Positions 1-10,185 of a DNA stretch of 64,000 nucleotides are shown here, one piece after another. The position numbers and the translations under genes are program-made. The number at the start of each line of letters is the position of its first letter. Positions within the stretch are counted from its first letter, which is position 1. Source of the DNA: Oculina patagonica (taxonomy: Eukaryota). The notes below the pieces were generated by a model that saw only the letters and a list, made by a program, of their open reading frames with translations, was not told the origin of the DNA and ran no database searches. The stretch spans positions 28,024,001 to 28,088,000 of the forward strand of contig NC_135759.1 of assembly GCF_052425735.1 (NCBI RefSeq), given 5' to 3'.

Positions 1-763
1 CAGGAATACTGAATGCTGGCTGAAGCTAGATGTCTGAAGTGTTATTACCCATTAAAACACTTAGTTTTAAAAAGGTTTATTACCTGTATTGTAGTCGAGG
101 AAGGTAAAACTGTATAAAACTCAAGGAGCTAAATCCATTGATCACCTGCACCATCTTATTGACTTTAATTTTTCTGTATAAATTTTACATTATTTCATGT
201 TTATAAAGCTTTTTTCGGAATAAACAGCTGAGATAGATTTTATGCCCATGGCGTGTATGATAGATTACAAGAATGAAAACAACAGTAAAGATCATTTCAA
301 TCCTTCGCAAACGACAATAGCAACCTACATGTATATATATGCAGAGCTCTCTATTAATTCAAACATTGCAGACATTTTATCCTAACTATTCAATGTCGTT
401 CTCATCATACCATGTATTCAAACGTATGTAGTCCATGAATCGCCGTTCCTCTTCGTTCTTCGAGGCTTCTTCGATCGGTGCTTCGATTGGACAAGAAGAC
501 GGCAGCTTCGTTGTAGGCATACAGCGCCAAAACCTCATCGAATGAAATAAATATTGAAGTATTTGCATACAAACATTGCCCTTTAGACCGACGTCAAACG
601 GCTTTAAATTCTCATTATAAGAAACGATACCGCTAAATTGCAATGTCTCTTCGTTGCGGCTCTCTTGGGTTTCGCCACCGGGCAAACTAGACGAAGAATT
701 TGTCGAAGAAATATCTTTTATAACCCTGTTAATTCTCAGTATATTCTCTCTTGGAACACTCGA

Positions 764-1240
764 TAAGGATGGGCCGATCCTCGATACCAAATATTCGATA
801 CATCGATATTTTGACAATTTTGAAAAGTATCGATACTTTCGAAAAATATCGCACTTTCGATACGTTTTCGATACTGCACACGTGACCTGAGCCTGCGGTC
901 TCCTGGCCAGCACCTGAGGTTTAAAAATGCAATTTTGCTCAAACAAATATTGTTGTTCTTGTCAATATTTGAATTTTTCTTGCCTTGACTTGATGTTCAC
1001 ACCAGGGTCCACACATTGCTGATGCACCAGTGAATCAATAAGTCCAAAACTCAACATTCGTGGCTAACGTCTATAATGACAGGACTGTCTTTTGAATTCA
1101 TAGACAAATCACGTGACATACCAATGACGTCAGGACGGAAATGACGTCATAATATCGATATCGATATCGATATCGAGAAAAAAGGCAAATATCGTATCGA
1201 TATCGTATCGTTTTGAAAAACCTGTATCGGCCCATCCTTA
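764..1240. mobile_element. Non-autonomous hAT-type MITE (477 bp)
   Basis: Perfect 15-bp TIRs TAAGGATGGGCCGAT (764-778) / ATCGGCCCATCCTTA (1226-1240); 8-bp target-site duplication ACACTCGA at 756-763 and 1241-1248; subterminal (T)ATCGAT repeats. An 8-bp TSD is typical of hAT. Confidence 0.9.
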
Positions 1241-1793
1241 ACACTCGAAGCTCGAAGCGACGATGCGCATATGACTTCACGGACCAACTCATGCGTAAAT
1301 CCGCTTTTCAGTACAGTCGCTGGCTCACTTTAGACGTCCGAGTAATGGCGGACGGGTTTTCCACGATTTTCGGCAAGCTATTTCAAGGCTTTTATTGCTC
1401 GCAACGTTATAAATTCTAGCGCGCTAGTTAAATATAGACTTATTGAACAAATTGACTTTAGAAAAAGACGAAAAGAAAAACAAAAATTTTGGTCATAGTA
1501 GCACTTTAAGTAAATGGCCTCAACTGGCTTTTAAGATTATTAAACAACTGAAAGAGTGCCCTTTTTACCACCACATTGTTCATTGTTTTTGTGTTTGGTA
1601 AATCTAACGGTCTTCCTTTAACCGATCTGTAACAGTGTGAATCAGGAAAGTGGAACACTTTAATGTTTTTTGGATATAAATGCTTCAAGCAAAAAAATTA
1701 CACTGTCGAACGACAGCTCAAACTGCAAAAAATATGAAAAATGAAAAGTGATAAACTGGACAATAGGATATTTTTGCAAGTAACTTGTATTAC

Positions 1794-2384
1794 TGGTTTT
1801 CACTGTCACGCAATCAAAAAATAAATTCGAAACCATTCAACTACAGAAGCTATGAATTTCAAATATTATAGACGATAAATAGATAAACAATTTCTCCAAG
1901 TTTCAGGTCTGTGCGGTGTACCGTTCGCGAGTTATTTTCCGAACCTTTCCACGCAAATTTATAAAGTTTAGTATGGAGCCGCCATCACTGTGTCCTGCTG
2001 AGGGACACAGTAATGGCCGCCGTGATGTAAGAGAAACCATCTGGAACTCAATTCTGTTTACAACAGCGGCCATCCTTGGCTTAAGAGCTAGTACACTTTC
2101 ACATAAACACCACTTATTATATCTGAAATGTCCATTCTGCACAAAATGGAAAGGAAAGGCCTTTTTTTCAAACAAAACAGCTTTGTCACGGCACTCAGCT
2201 TGATGTCACATACGACGGAGAACTCAAATATTCAAAATACTCTGTTTTAATAACGAATGACACTATCGATCTGGAAATGTGCAAAAATATATATTTTTAG
2301 TTTATCTTTCGCCTAATGACAACGAAAATTTAGCAGGCCTAGTGAATTTTGATTTCAGAATTTTATGACGTAACATGAAAACCA
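1794..2384. mobile_element. Probable degenerate MITE
   Basis: Short terminal inverted repeats TGGTTTTCA ... TGAAAACCA with degenerate GACGT/TCACG subterminal motifs; no clear TSD. Confidence 0.45.
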
Positions 2385-2636
2385 CGTTTTCTTTTAAATG
2401 TGATAAAATTAATGTGTTCGCAAATTTCGTATTCCCACTGCAAAGTAAATTAACAGACTCTTTCGACGTACCTTTAATAGGCGTCTATTGTGTTTGGTGA
2501 CAGATTAACCTGTTGGAATAACAATGCAAATGCTTTTGACCTGACTTATTCCGGAAATTGTCTGAAGAAGGGTTTCTCTTATCTATCAAATCTGAGAAAA
2601 ATAAGGGACTAAAATATCTAAAAAAAGGGGAGGAAG

Positions 2637-3212
2637 ATGCCGTTTTTTATGCGAAAATGGTCTGGCAAGGAAATAATTCCACTGACAGTGTTATGGTGTA
2701 TTGGAATTGTTTTGAATCTTCATTGTGACTGCTTAGCATCCAAGTCGTTCAATAGCCTTTACCGTGCACGTGGAAAAAAATACGTCTTCAGTGTACAAGC
2801 TAACGTAAAATCTTCAAACAAAACTTTTAATTTTCATGAACACAGGAAGCGGGTGAGGATGTTAGCGACCCAAAGCAACAATCTTTCTCGTGGCAATGGC
2901 ATCACAAGAACACTTAACTCAGCTAAATTAAAAAAGGTTGGAAGACTTTTAGAAAAGGCTTTGGATGGTCTGAAGGAATGCAGTCAAAGTGTTCCAGAAG
3001 GAGGTATCCTTAAACTGAAGGACAAGTCTCCCAAGCAGAAGCCATCTCTGTGTTGCATCCCTTGTGGCTGCGGTGGATGCTGTCTCATGCGCCCAATGAT
3101 AATGTACAAGGTCAAATACACTCCACCTAAATTTAAGATGAAGCCACTTAAATCGAAGACAAAATGTGGCTGTCCACAATATGGTATTCATCTTGGTAAA
3201 AAAAGGAGATAG
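2637..3212 (+). CDS. Secreted basic protein with Cys cluster (cluster gene 1, 191 aa)
   Basis: Single ORF; N-terminal hydrophobic stretch IIPLTVLWCIGIVLNL; RKR site; SLCCIPCGCGGCC motif; Lys-rich tail; motifs shared with the neighbouring gene at 3919. Confidence 0.7.
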   Translation: MPFFMRKWSGKEIIPLTVLWCIGIVLNLHCDCLASKSFNSLYRARGKKYVFSVQANVKSSNKTFNFHEHRKRVRMLATQSNNLSRGNGITRTLNSAKLKKVGRLLEKALDGLKECSQSVPEGGILKLKDKSPKQKPSLCCIPCGCGGCCLMRPMIMYKVKYTPPKFKMKPLKSKTKCGCPQYGIHLGKKRR

Positions 3213-3918
3213 CTACCAATAAGTCATTTGATATCTGGTTCTGTGTTTTACTAAAAGGGTTGCAAAAATCAGTTTCCGGTTGAGGACGTACTGACTTGCC
3301 AAAGCTAATTTCACGGCATGTTAGTACAATAGCAACCAAATAATCGGGAATTGTGTTTTAAAGGCACTCAAAGTTTAGGAAACTTCAACGCATTTCGCAA
3401 AAAGCAGATAAAATCTAAGCGTTGCAATTGATATGTTTTGTTCAGAACGATTCCTAATTTAAAGCTAAAGCACAACAAGTGAAAAAGACATTTTAATTCC
3501 GATTTTCAATATTATAAGCATTAACATTTTCACAATAAATGTACATACCAAGAAATGTCATATTAGATTTCGTATTGGTGTTATTGAATTTAACTTCCTG
3601 AATCATCAAGATGAGTAGAAACCCGTAGTGAAAATCAGTTCAAATAAACACTCTAAAAAACAATATGGATAAATATTTGATAGCCCTATGGTCTTAAACA
3701 ATAAAGTGACCTGCTATTTTATGTGTTCAATAGGGCTGAGTATCAAGGTGGCAGTAGCTTTTGACATTTTTTTAACCCATTGTTGACCCACTTTATGAAG
3801 ATGGAAAATCTTTGAGTTGCTAGGAACAGAAAATATGGTATTCCAAGAAAAAGTTGCTGGTTGACAGCTAAAAGATGCGGTCGCAATTTAGAGCAAATGG
3901 AAAGGAAAATGGACCGAA

Positions 3919-6477
3919 ATGTATGAAGTATTCAAGCCTTTTGTACTATTGACATTAATTTCTTTCGCGGTGGCTGGAGGATACAATAGCAAATCACGTC
4001 AAGATGATTATCTTGCCTTTTACAGATTGTTAGAGCAAATTAACGATTTTAATGGCCTAGTCGTTAAAACGCCCAATACTTCAATGCCTGTCTCAAATTC
4101 CGTATTGTTGATTCAAAGAAATGGTCATGGCTTTACAGTTACCAAGCGAATGAAAGAAGAGAAGCCCGATGGGCCGATTCATGAGATTTCACGGGAAGAT
4201 TTCAATAAATTATACAGAATTTTAGAAAATGCATTGAAAACGATAAACGAAAAAGAAAACGACGAAGAAATGGAGGATAGTTCAAGAACAGACTCAGATA
4301 GCGAAGGTGATGACAACAACATGGGAAGCATGCGTAAAGACAAGCAAAATAACAAAGATAAAGGAAGTCAGAAGGAAAAAATAAACGAGGATAAGTCAGG
4401 TGGTTCTCCAGAACAAGATGGATCCATATGTTTTATGCCTTGCGGAGGAGGCGGAGGGCCTTGTTTTAATCCCTCGGCATGTGGCTGTTCATGCTCTGAT
4501 TGCTTGCCATGTCAACCACAATCATGCATGATGCCTCCATGTTGTCCTTGTTGTTGTAACCCTGAAGGTAAAAAACTTGAAGACGTCTGGACGATACCAA
4601 CACTGATTGTAGCTAAGCCTGTTCCAGCTCCACTACCACCCGGAGAAGGGCCAAAGCTCTGGCTACCATCTTGGTTAACTGATAAACTTGGACTTCCTCC
4701 CTCTGCAGGAGTTGGGGAAGGTGGTGCAGCTGGTGGGAAAGCAGGAGGCGGTAAAGAAGGCGGAGGTGGGGGAGCCGCTGGTGGAGGAGAAGCTGGCGGA
4801 GGAGCCGCTGGGGGAGAAGCAGGTGGTGGGGGGACCGCAGGTGGCGGAGCAGCTGGTGGAGGAGAAGCTGGCGGTGGAGCCGCTGGGGGAGGAGCTGCAG
4901 GTGGAGGAGCAGCTGGTGGAGGAGCCGCTGGTGGAGGCGCTGCTGGTGGAGGAGCCGCTGGTGGAGGAGCAGCTGGTGGTGGAGGAGCCGCTGGTGGAGG
5001 AGCAGCTGGTGGAGGAGCCGCTGGTGGAGGCGCTGCTGGTGGAGGAGCCGCTGGTGGAGGAGCAGCTGGTGGTGGAGGAGCGGGTGGTGGAGGAGCGGGT
5101 GGTGGAGGAGCGGGTGGTGGAGGAGCCGCTGGTGGAGGAGCTGCTGGTGGAGGAGCGGGTGGTGGAGGAGCTGCTGGTGGAGGAGCAGGTGGTGGGGGAG
5201 CGGTTGGTGGAGAGGCTGCTGGGGGAGGAGCCGCTGGTGGAGGAGCTGCTGGTGGAGGAGCTGCCGGTGGAGGAGCAGGTGGTGGAGGAGCTGCAGGTGG
5301 AGGAGCGGGTGGTGGAGGAGCCGCTGGTGGAGGAGCTGCTGGTGGAGGAGCTGCTGGTGGAGGAGCCGCTGGTGGAGGAGCTGCTGGTGGAGGAGCTGCC
5401 GGTGGAGGAGCAGGTGGTGGAGGGGCTGCTGGTGGAGGAGCGGGTGGTGGAGGAGCGGGTGGTGGAGGAGCTGCTGGTGGAGGAGCAGGTGGTGGAGGAG
5501 CTGCTGGTGGAGGAGCTGCTGGTGGAGGAGCAGGTGGTGGAGGAGCTGCTGGTGGAGGAGCGGGTGGTGGAAGAGCGGCTGGTGGAGGAGCTGCAGGTGG
5601 TGGAGCTGCTGGTGGAGGAGCGGCTGGCGGAGGAGCAGCTGGTGGTGGAGGAGCGGCTGGTGGTGGAGGAGCCGCTGGTGGAGGAGCTGCAGGTGGTGGA
5701 GCTGCTGGTGGAGGAGCGGCTGGTGGAGGAGCAGCTGGTGGTGGAGGAGCGGCTGGTGGAGGAGCGGCTGGTGGAGGAGCGGCTGGTGGTGGAGGAGCCG
5801 CTGGTGGAGGAGCAGGTGGTGGAGGAGCTGCAGGTGGTGGAGCTGCTGGTGGAGGAGCGGCTGGTGGAGGAGCAGCTGGTGGTGGAGGAGCGGCTGGTGG
5901 AGGAGCAGCTGGTGGTGGAGGAGCCGCTGGTGGAGGAGCAGGTGGTGGAGGCGCCGCTGGTGGAGGAGCAGGTGGTGGAGGAACGGGCGGTGGAGGAGCC
6001 GCTGGGGGAGGAGCCGCTGGTGGGGGAGCGGTTGGTGGAGGAGCGGCTGGTGGAGGAGCAGCTGGTGGAGGCGCAGGTGGTGGAGGAGCAGGCGGTGGAG
6101 GTTCTTGGAGTTGGAAAGTAGGCGGAAAAGTAAGTGGTGGAGGAGGGCGTTCTGGATCAGAAGGTGATGGAGCGGCAGGCAGTGGAGCAGATGCTGGAGA
6201 TGAAGGTGGTGGAGGATCAGGGGGCGGAGGAGCAATTGGCAGTGCAGCCAGAGGTTCGTCAAGTTGGAACATAGGTGGAAAATCAGCTAGTCGAGGAGAG
6301 GGTTCCGCAAGTAGTAAAATTCTAGGTAAAATAGGTTCAAAAGACGCTGAGAATAGAGAAGTTGCTGCGTCCATTGACGACGAGTCAGCTAGAAAACCTA
6401 ATATGTATGAGACCAAGTCATATAAAACAGATTCTCCGTTTGAAATTTTGGGTTCAATTTCAAAGTCAACAAGTTAA
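3919..6477 (+). CDS. Secreted Gly-Ala repeat (silk-like) protein with Cys-rich linker (cluster gene 2, 852 aa)
   Basis: Intact ORF; signal peptide MYEVFKPFVLLTLISFAVAG; charged region; Cys-rich segment CFMPC...CCPCCC; Pro-rich linker; ~460 aa of GGGAA/GGGAG repeats; two SW-x-(V/I)GGK-like motifs near the C-terminus. Confidence 0.9.
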   Translation: MYEVFKPFVLLTLISFAVAGGYNSKSRQDDYLAFYRLLEQINDFNGLVVKTPNTSMPVSNSVLLIQRNGHGFTVTKRMKEEKPDGPIHEISREDFNKLYRILENALKTINEKENDEEMEDSSRTDSDSEGDDNNMGSMRKDKQNNKDKGSQKEKINEDKSGGSPEQDGSICFMPCGGGGGPCFNPSACGCSCSDCLPCQPQSCMMPPCCPCCCNPEGKKLEDVWTIPTLIVAKPVPAPLPPGEGPKLWLPSWLTDKLGLPPSAGVGEGGAAGGKAGGGKEGGGGGAAGGGEAGGGAAGGEAGGGGTAGGGAAGGGEAGGGAAGGGAAGGGAAGGGAAGGGAAGGGAAGGGAAGGGGAAGGGAAGGGAAGGGAAGGGAAGGGAAGGGGAGGGGAGGGGAGGGGAAGGGAAGGGAGGGGAAGGGAGGGGAVGGEAAGGGAAGGGAAGGGAAGGGAGGGGAAGGGAGGGGAAGGGAAGGGAAGGGAAGGGAAGGGAAGGGAGGGGAAGGGAGGGGAGGGGAAGGGAGGGGAAGGGAAGGGAGGGGAAGGGAGGGRAAGGGAAGGGAAGGGAAGGGAAGGGGAAGGGGAAGGGAAGGGAAGGGAAGGGAAGGGGAAGGGAAGGGAAGGGGAAGGGAGGGGAAGGGAAGGGAAGGGAAGGGGAAGGGAAGGGGAAGGGAGGGGAAGGGAGGGGTGGGGAAGGGAAGGGAVGGGAAGGGAAGGGAGGGGAGGGGSWSWKVGGKVSGGGGRSGSEGDGAAGSGADAGDEGGGGSGGGGAIGSAARGSSSWNIGGKSASRGEGSASSKILGKIGSKDAENREVAASIDDESARKPNMYETKSYKTDSPFEILGSISKSTS
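4720..6105 (+). repeat. Coding minisatellite (~15-nt GCTGGTGGAGGAGCN units)
   Basis: Tandem 15/18-nt units, with length variants in multiples of 3, encoding GGGAA. Confidence 0.9.
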
Positions 6478-7524
6478 GACAGAATCTACCAATGTCGACC
6501 TCGCCTATATTTATATTGTTTTATGGTAGACATATATTCAAACAGCAATGGATATTTTGTTTAGTTTTGAGTAACGTTTTAGTGATTATGATGTTTTTAG
6601 TCAGCACGAAAAATGGGCTCCACGCAATCCGTAACATTTGTTTTAGTTTGATCACGAAATACGGATATCACACGAATTGCGAAGCGATTAGTTAGATATT
6701 AGTTTTTATCAAATCAGTCCTAGAATTAATATTCTCAGAGGTATGTGATTCTATACAAAGCAGATGATTGTAGGTCACTAACGTAGTCTAGGATTAAAAG
6801 ACTGTTTCTCTCACAGGCATCATGGCTTTTGTTAAGGTGTGCGCTTTTGAAGACATAAAGGGAAATAAGGATCCTGTTCACACACTAGATAAGTGATTTG
6901 CAATTACGTCAAGATATTGAATTTTGTAAATAAAGGCTTTTGGTACGTCTATTTAATTTATCCATGATTTAACTACTAATATTTGTAACACAAATTGTAA
7001 CACAAACTTTAATTCAATTTTCACGTCATGAGCAATAAATATTTTGATAAACACTTCCCTTGCGTTGTCACAGCTTAGACACTCTTGAAGGTTAATGCCG
7101 CATGCATCTCAATTCTCTCCCCGGAACTCGAAGACTATCTCACCACCACTTTGTTCATGAACCTGCTATGTTTTGTTTTCGGTTCAGGTCACGTGACTTT
7201 GTAAGCGAACATCGTTTAGCTCCTGGTTTTGAATTTTGCTTGTGATTTCTTATCGAGTTTGGGCGACGTATTGGCGATTCGTTTGCATTTAATAAGATTC
7301 GTTTGAATAAGTTCGTCGTTTAAAACCCTTTTGAAAGACATAAGAAAGTTCATATGCACTTGTAGATGAAGGACTCTATACATTCACCCCTCCAGTTATA
7401 TTTAAAACGTAGACAAAAAAGAAGAGAGAAGGTGAACAAATCGACCACATTCTCGTGATATATACTTTTTTATCCTTCATGCCTTGAAGAGTACAGCCAA
7501 TCAGGAGCCTAGAAAACCGTTGCC

Positions 7525-8790
7525 TATTATAATAATAATAATATATAATAATAAAAGATTTATATAGCGCCATATCCATGGCTCATGGCGCTTTACAGTA
7601 AAAATATTATTAAAAAATGAAAAACTTACTTAAAAAAATTTACATCGATGATTAAAGGAAATACTAACAAATAAAATAGCTGAGCTGTAAAAATGGAAAT
7701 AAAAACTAAGAATCATTAAAATCTTTGAATGAAAAACTAACTCATTAACTAACTTAACTAATTAACTAAGTGATTAATTAATTGTCTAACTGAACTATCT
7801 ACTACTGGTTAACTGACTAACTAAAAGTCTAATTATAAAATTTGTTAAAAAGGTATGTCTTTATACAAGTCTTAAAATCTGATAGCGAGCCGCTCTCTCT
7901 TATATAGTCCGGGAGAGAGTTCCATAGGCTAGGTGCTACAAAAGAAAAGCACCTTTGGCCATAGCTTACTAACTTCACAGATGGTATTTTTAGTAAGTTT
8001 TTAGACGAGGATCGTAAACTCCTGGTTGTAGTATAGGGCTCTAGCATCTCAGTAATATAACCAGGGGCCTGGCCGTTAAGCGCTTTGTAGGTAGCCTGCG
8101 AACAGGCTCCCGAGTGGGGTTTCCGCGAGCGAAGCTCTTCCGCTCGCTTCGCTCGCGTATTTCCACTCGCTTCGCTCGCGGAAACCCCACTCGGGAGCCT
8201 GTTCGCAGGCTACTTTGTAGGTTAAAAGCAGTATCTTGTAGTTAATGCGCTGATTTATTGGGAGCCAGTGAAGCTGCCTCAGGACGGGCTTGATATGATC
8301 GTATTTCTTTGTGCGAGTAATAACGCGAGCCGCAGCATTCTGGACATTTTGTAGGCGATCTATTAGAAATTTAGGTAGTCCACATAATAGCGAGTTGGCG
8401 TTATCTAGCTTGGATGTGATGAATGCGTGTACCAACTTTTCAGTGTCTGCTAGAGATAGACAGTCTCTTATCTTGCTTATGTTTCTAAGGTGGAAAAAAC
8501 AGGCCTTGCAGGTACTGGTAACATGCTTTTCTAGTGACATGTGCTCATCGAAGATAACTCCAATGTTCCTTGCAGAAGGAGATGGCTCAATCTGTTCACC
8601 AGACACATCGACGTACTCTATCGATGGGGGTGGACGGTGTCGTGCGCTCAAAATCAAAAGCTCCGTCTTTCCTCTCTTTAGTTTCAGCTTATTGCTCACC
8701 ATCCACGAGTCGATCTCAGAAACGCATGCTTCTATTTTAGCTATAGAACCAGGTTGTTCAGCGTGGGTTGGCTTAAAAGAGAGATAAAGC
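7525..8790 (-). mobile_element. 5'-truncated LINE (L2/CR1-group) RT C-terminal part with 3' UTR and (TTA)n tail
   Basis: Translation KTELL...ARNIGVIFD...LVHAFITSKLD...LQNVQNAAAR...LHWLP...YKILLLTYK, continuing as ALNGQAPGYITEMLEPY...LWNSLP once the 8092-8212 insertion is removed; TAA-repeat tail at ~7525-7553. Confidence 0.9.
8092..8212. mobile_element. Palindromic MITE (TAGCC...GGCTA) inserted in the LINE
   Basis: ~43-bp perfect inverted arms TAGCCTGCGAACAGGCTCCCGAGTGGGGTTTCCGCGAGCGAAG; 9-bp TSD CTTTGTAGG at 8083-8091 and 8213-8221; removal restores the LINE frame. Confidence 0.9.
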
Positions 8791-9715
8791 TGAGTGTCAT
8801 CCCACGAGTCGTACTCAACGAAAGCATTTTATGGTTAAGTCTTCGGCTAAAACTGATATTTGAGACGGAAAAGTTTATGCAGACGTCGACTGGCAAGACG
8901 TTTATGCAAAACAGGTTTTCTGAAACAAGAATTCTTAATGAAGCTCAGTGACTCACAACCGCCGGAACAACGCCAGGATAACCCATTTGCGCTGCATTCT
9001 GTTGCATGGCTTTCAAAAATCATACGGAAAATCGAAACCGGATGTACCATATTTACTCGTATAAGCGCCGCGGCGCTTATTATATTTTTCCCGCCTCAAA
9101 TGCGGCGCTTATTGAAAAATTGGACGCAAGAAAGAAATATTTTCTTTAAATTTAACGGTAAAATATTTTATCTGTACGAAAATTTTACAATAACTAACAG
9201 AAACGTCTTTTGATTGTCACTATTCGTCTCTTCCGGTCTCTTAAACAAAATGTCACTAAAATCGTAAGCAAGAAACAGAATGAAGTGCTAGGTCTCCTTG
9301 GTTAAAATATTGTTTCAGCCAAACAAGACGCGTTTACACGGGGTGTTTGAATGGTTTCACTTTTTTATGCTAGCTTGACACCGTCGAGTTCGTCAGTTAT
9401 TTGACCTAATATTTAGCCCTAATATCCAGTGTACGTTTTTTAGAAAGACGCGTAGCCTTCAAAATGACGTAGACTGGCATGCTACGTAATTTTCATGGTC
9501 CATACTCTCAACGACCATAGCTGTCGACAAATGAGCGCGCGAGAATTCTGCCATTTATTGTAAAAATGTGAAACACACTGCGACGAGAGTAAGGCAAAAA
9601 GTACCAGAATAACAAACTTGTGCAAACATATTTTTCACTTTAAAAAACTGCTCAGTGGTGAAATTAAGCTCTTGTACAGTACTGCATAACATATGCGGGA
9701 CAAATTATTTATAAA

Positions 9716-10185
9716 GTAAAACCCCGGTAACTCAAATTCTGAAGGGAAACGAAACACAGTTCGAGTTAGCGGCTTCGAGTTTTCGAAGTCGATTTTACTG
9801 ATTTTTTTCGAGGTCAATTTTACTGATTTTTTCAGTATTCCAGTATACAGTACAGTGCAAATTAAACTTATCTTGTCAGAAACTCTAATAACATGATCAA
9901 AAATTGTAATGATAAGAGTGAAAAATTGCTGTCAAATACGTGATCTGTTCGTTGCTCTAATCAATGGGCATCCGTGGCGAGTTGCAAGAACCGGAATTCG
10001 AGTTATCGGGGTAAATTTGACCCAAATTTTGATCAAGGGAAACGACATTTAGTTCGAGTTAGCGGGGTTTTCGAGTTTTCCGAGTTCAAGTTAACCGAGT
10101 AAAAATGACTGAAAAGTGGGGTCAAATCCAAGGGAAGTGGAAGTTAGTTCGAGTTAGCGGGTTTGTTCGAGTTATCCGAGTTGTG
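9716..10185. mobile_element. Degenerate Tc1/mariner(pogo)-type MITE, longer relative of 32376-32551
   Basis: Shares AAACCCCGGTAACTCAAA-TCTGAAGGG-AACGAAA-ACAGTTCGAGTTAGC and TTCGAGTT subrepeats with the 32376 element. Confidence 0.65.

Noticed and set aside
386-1419. ORFs 386-946, 654-890, 736-942, 1098-1292 and 1213-1419
   Set aside because: They run through the hAT MITE and show no recognisable protein features.
4512-6416. Long Pro/Ala, Leu/His/Gln and Val/Glu ORFs (4512-6416 -, 4613-6262 -, 4688-6121 +)
   Set aside because: Shadow frames of the stop-free GGGAA repeat; only 3919-6477 has a signal peptide and unique flanks.
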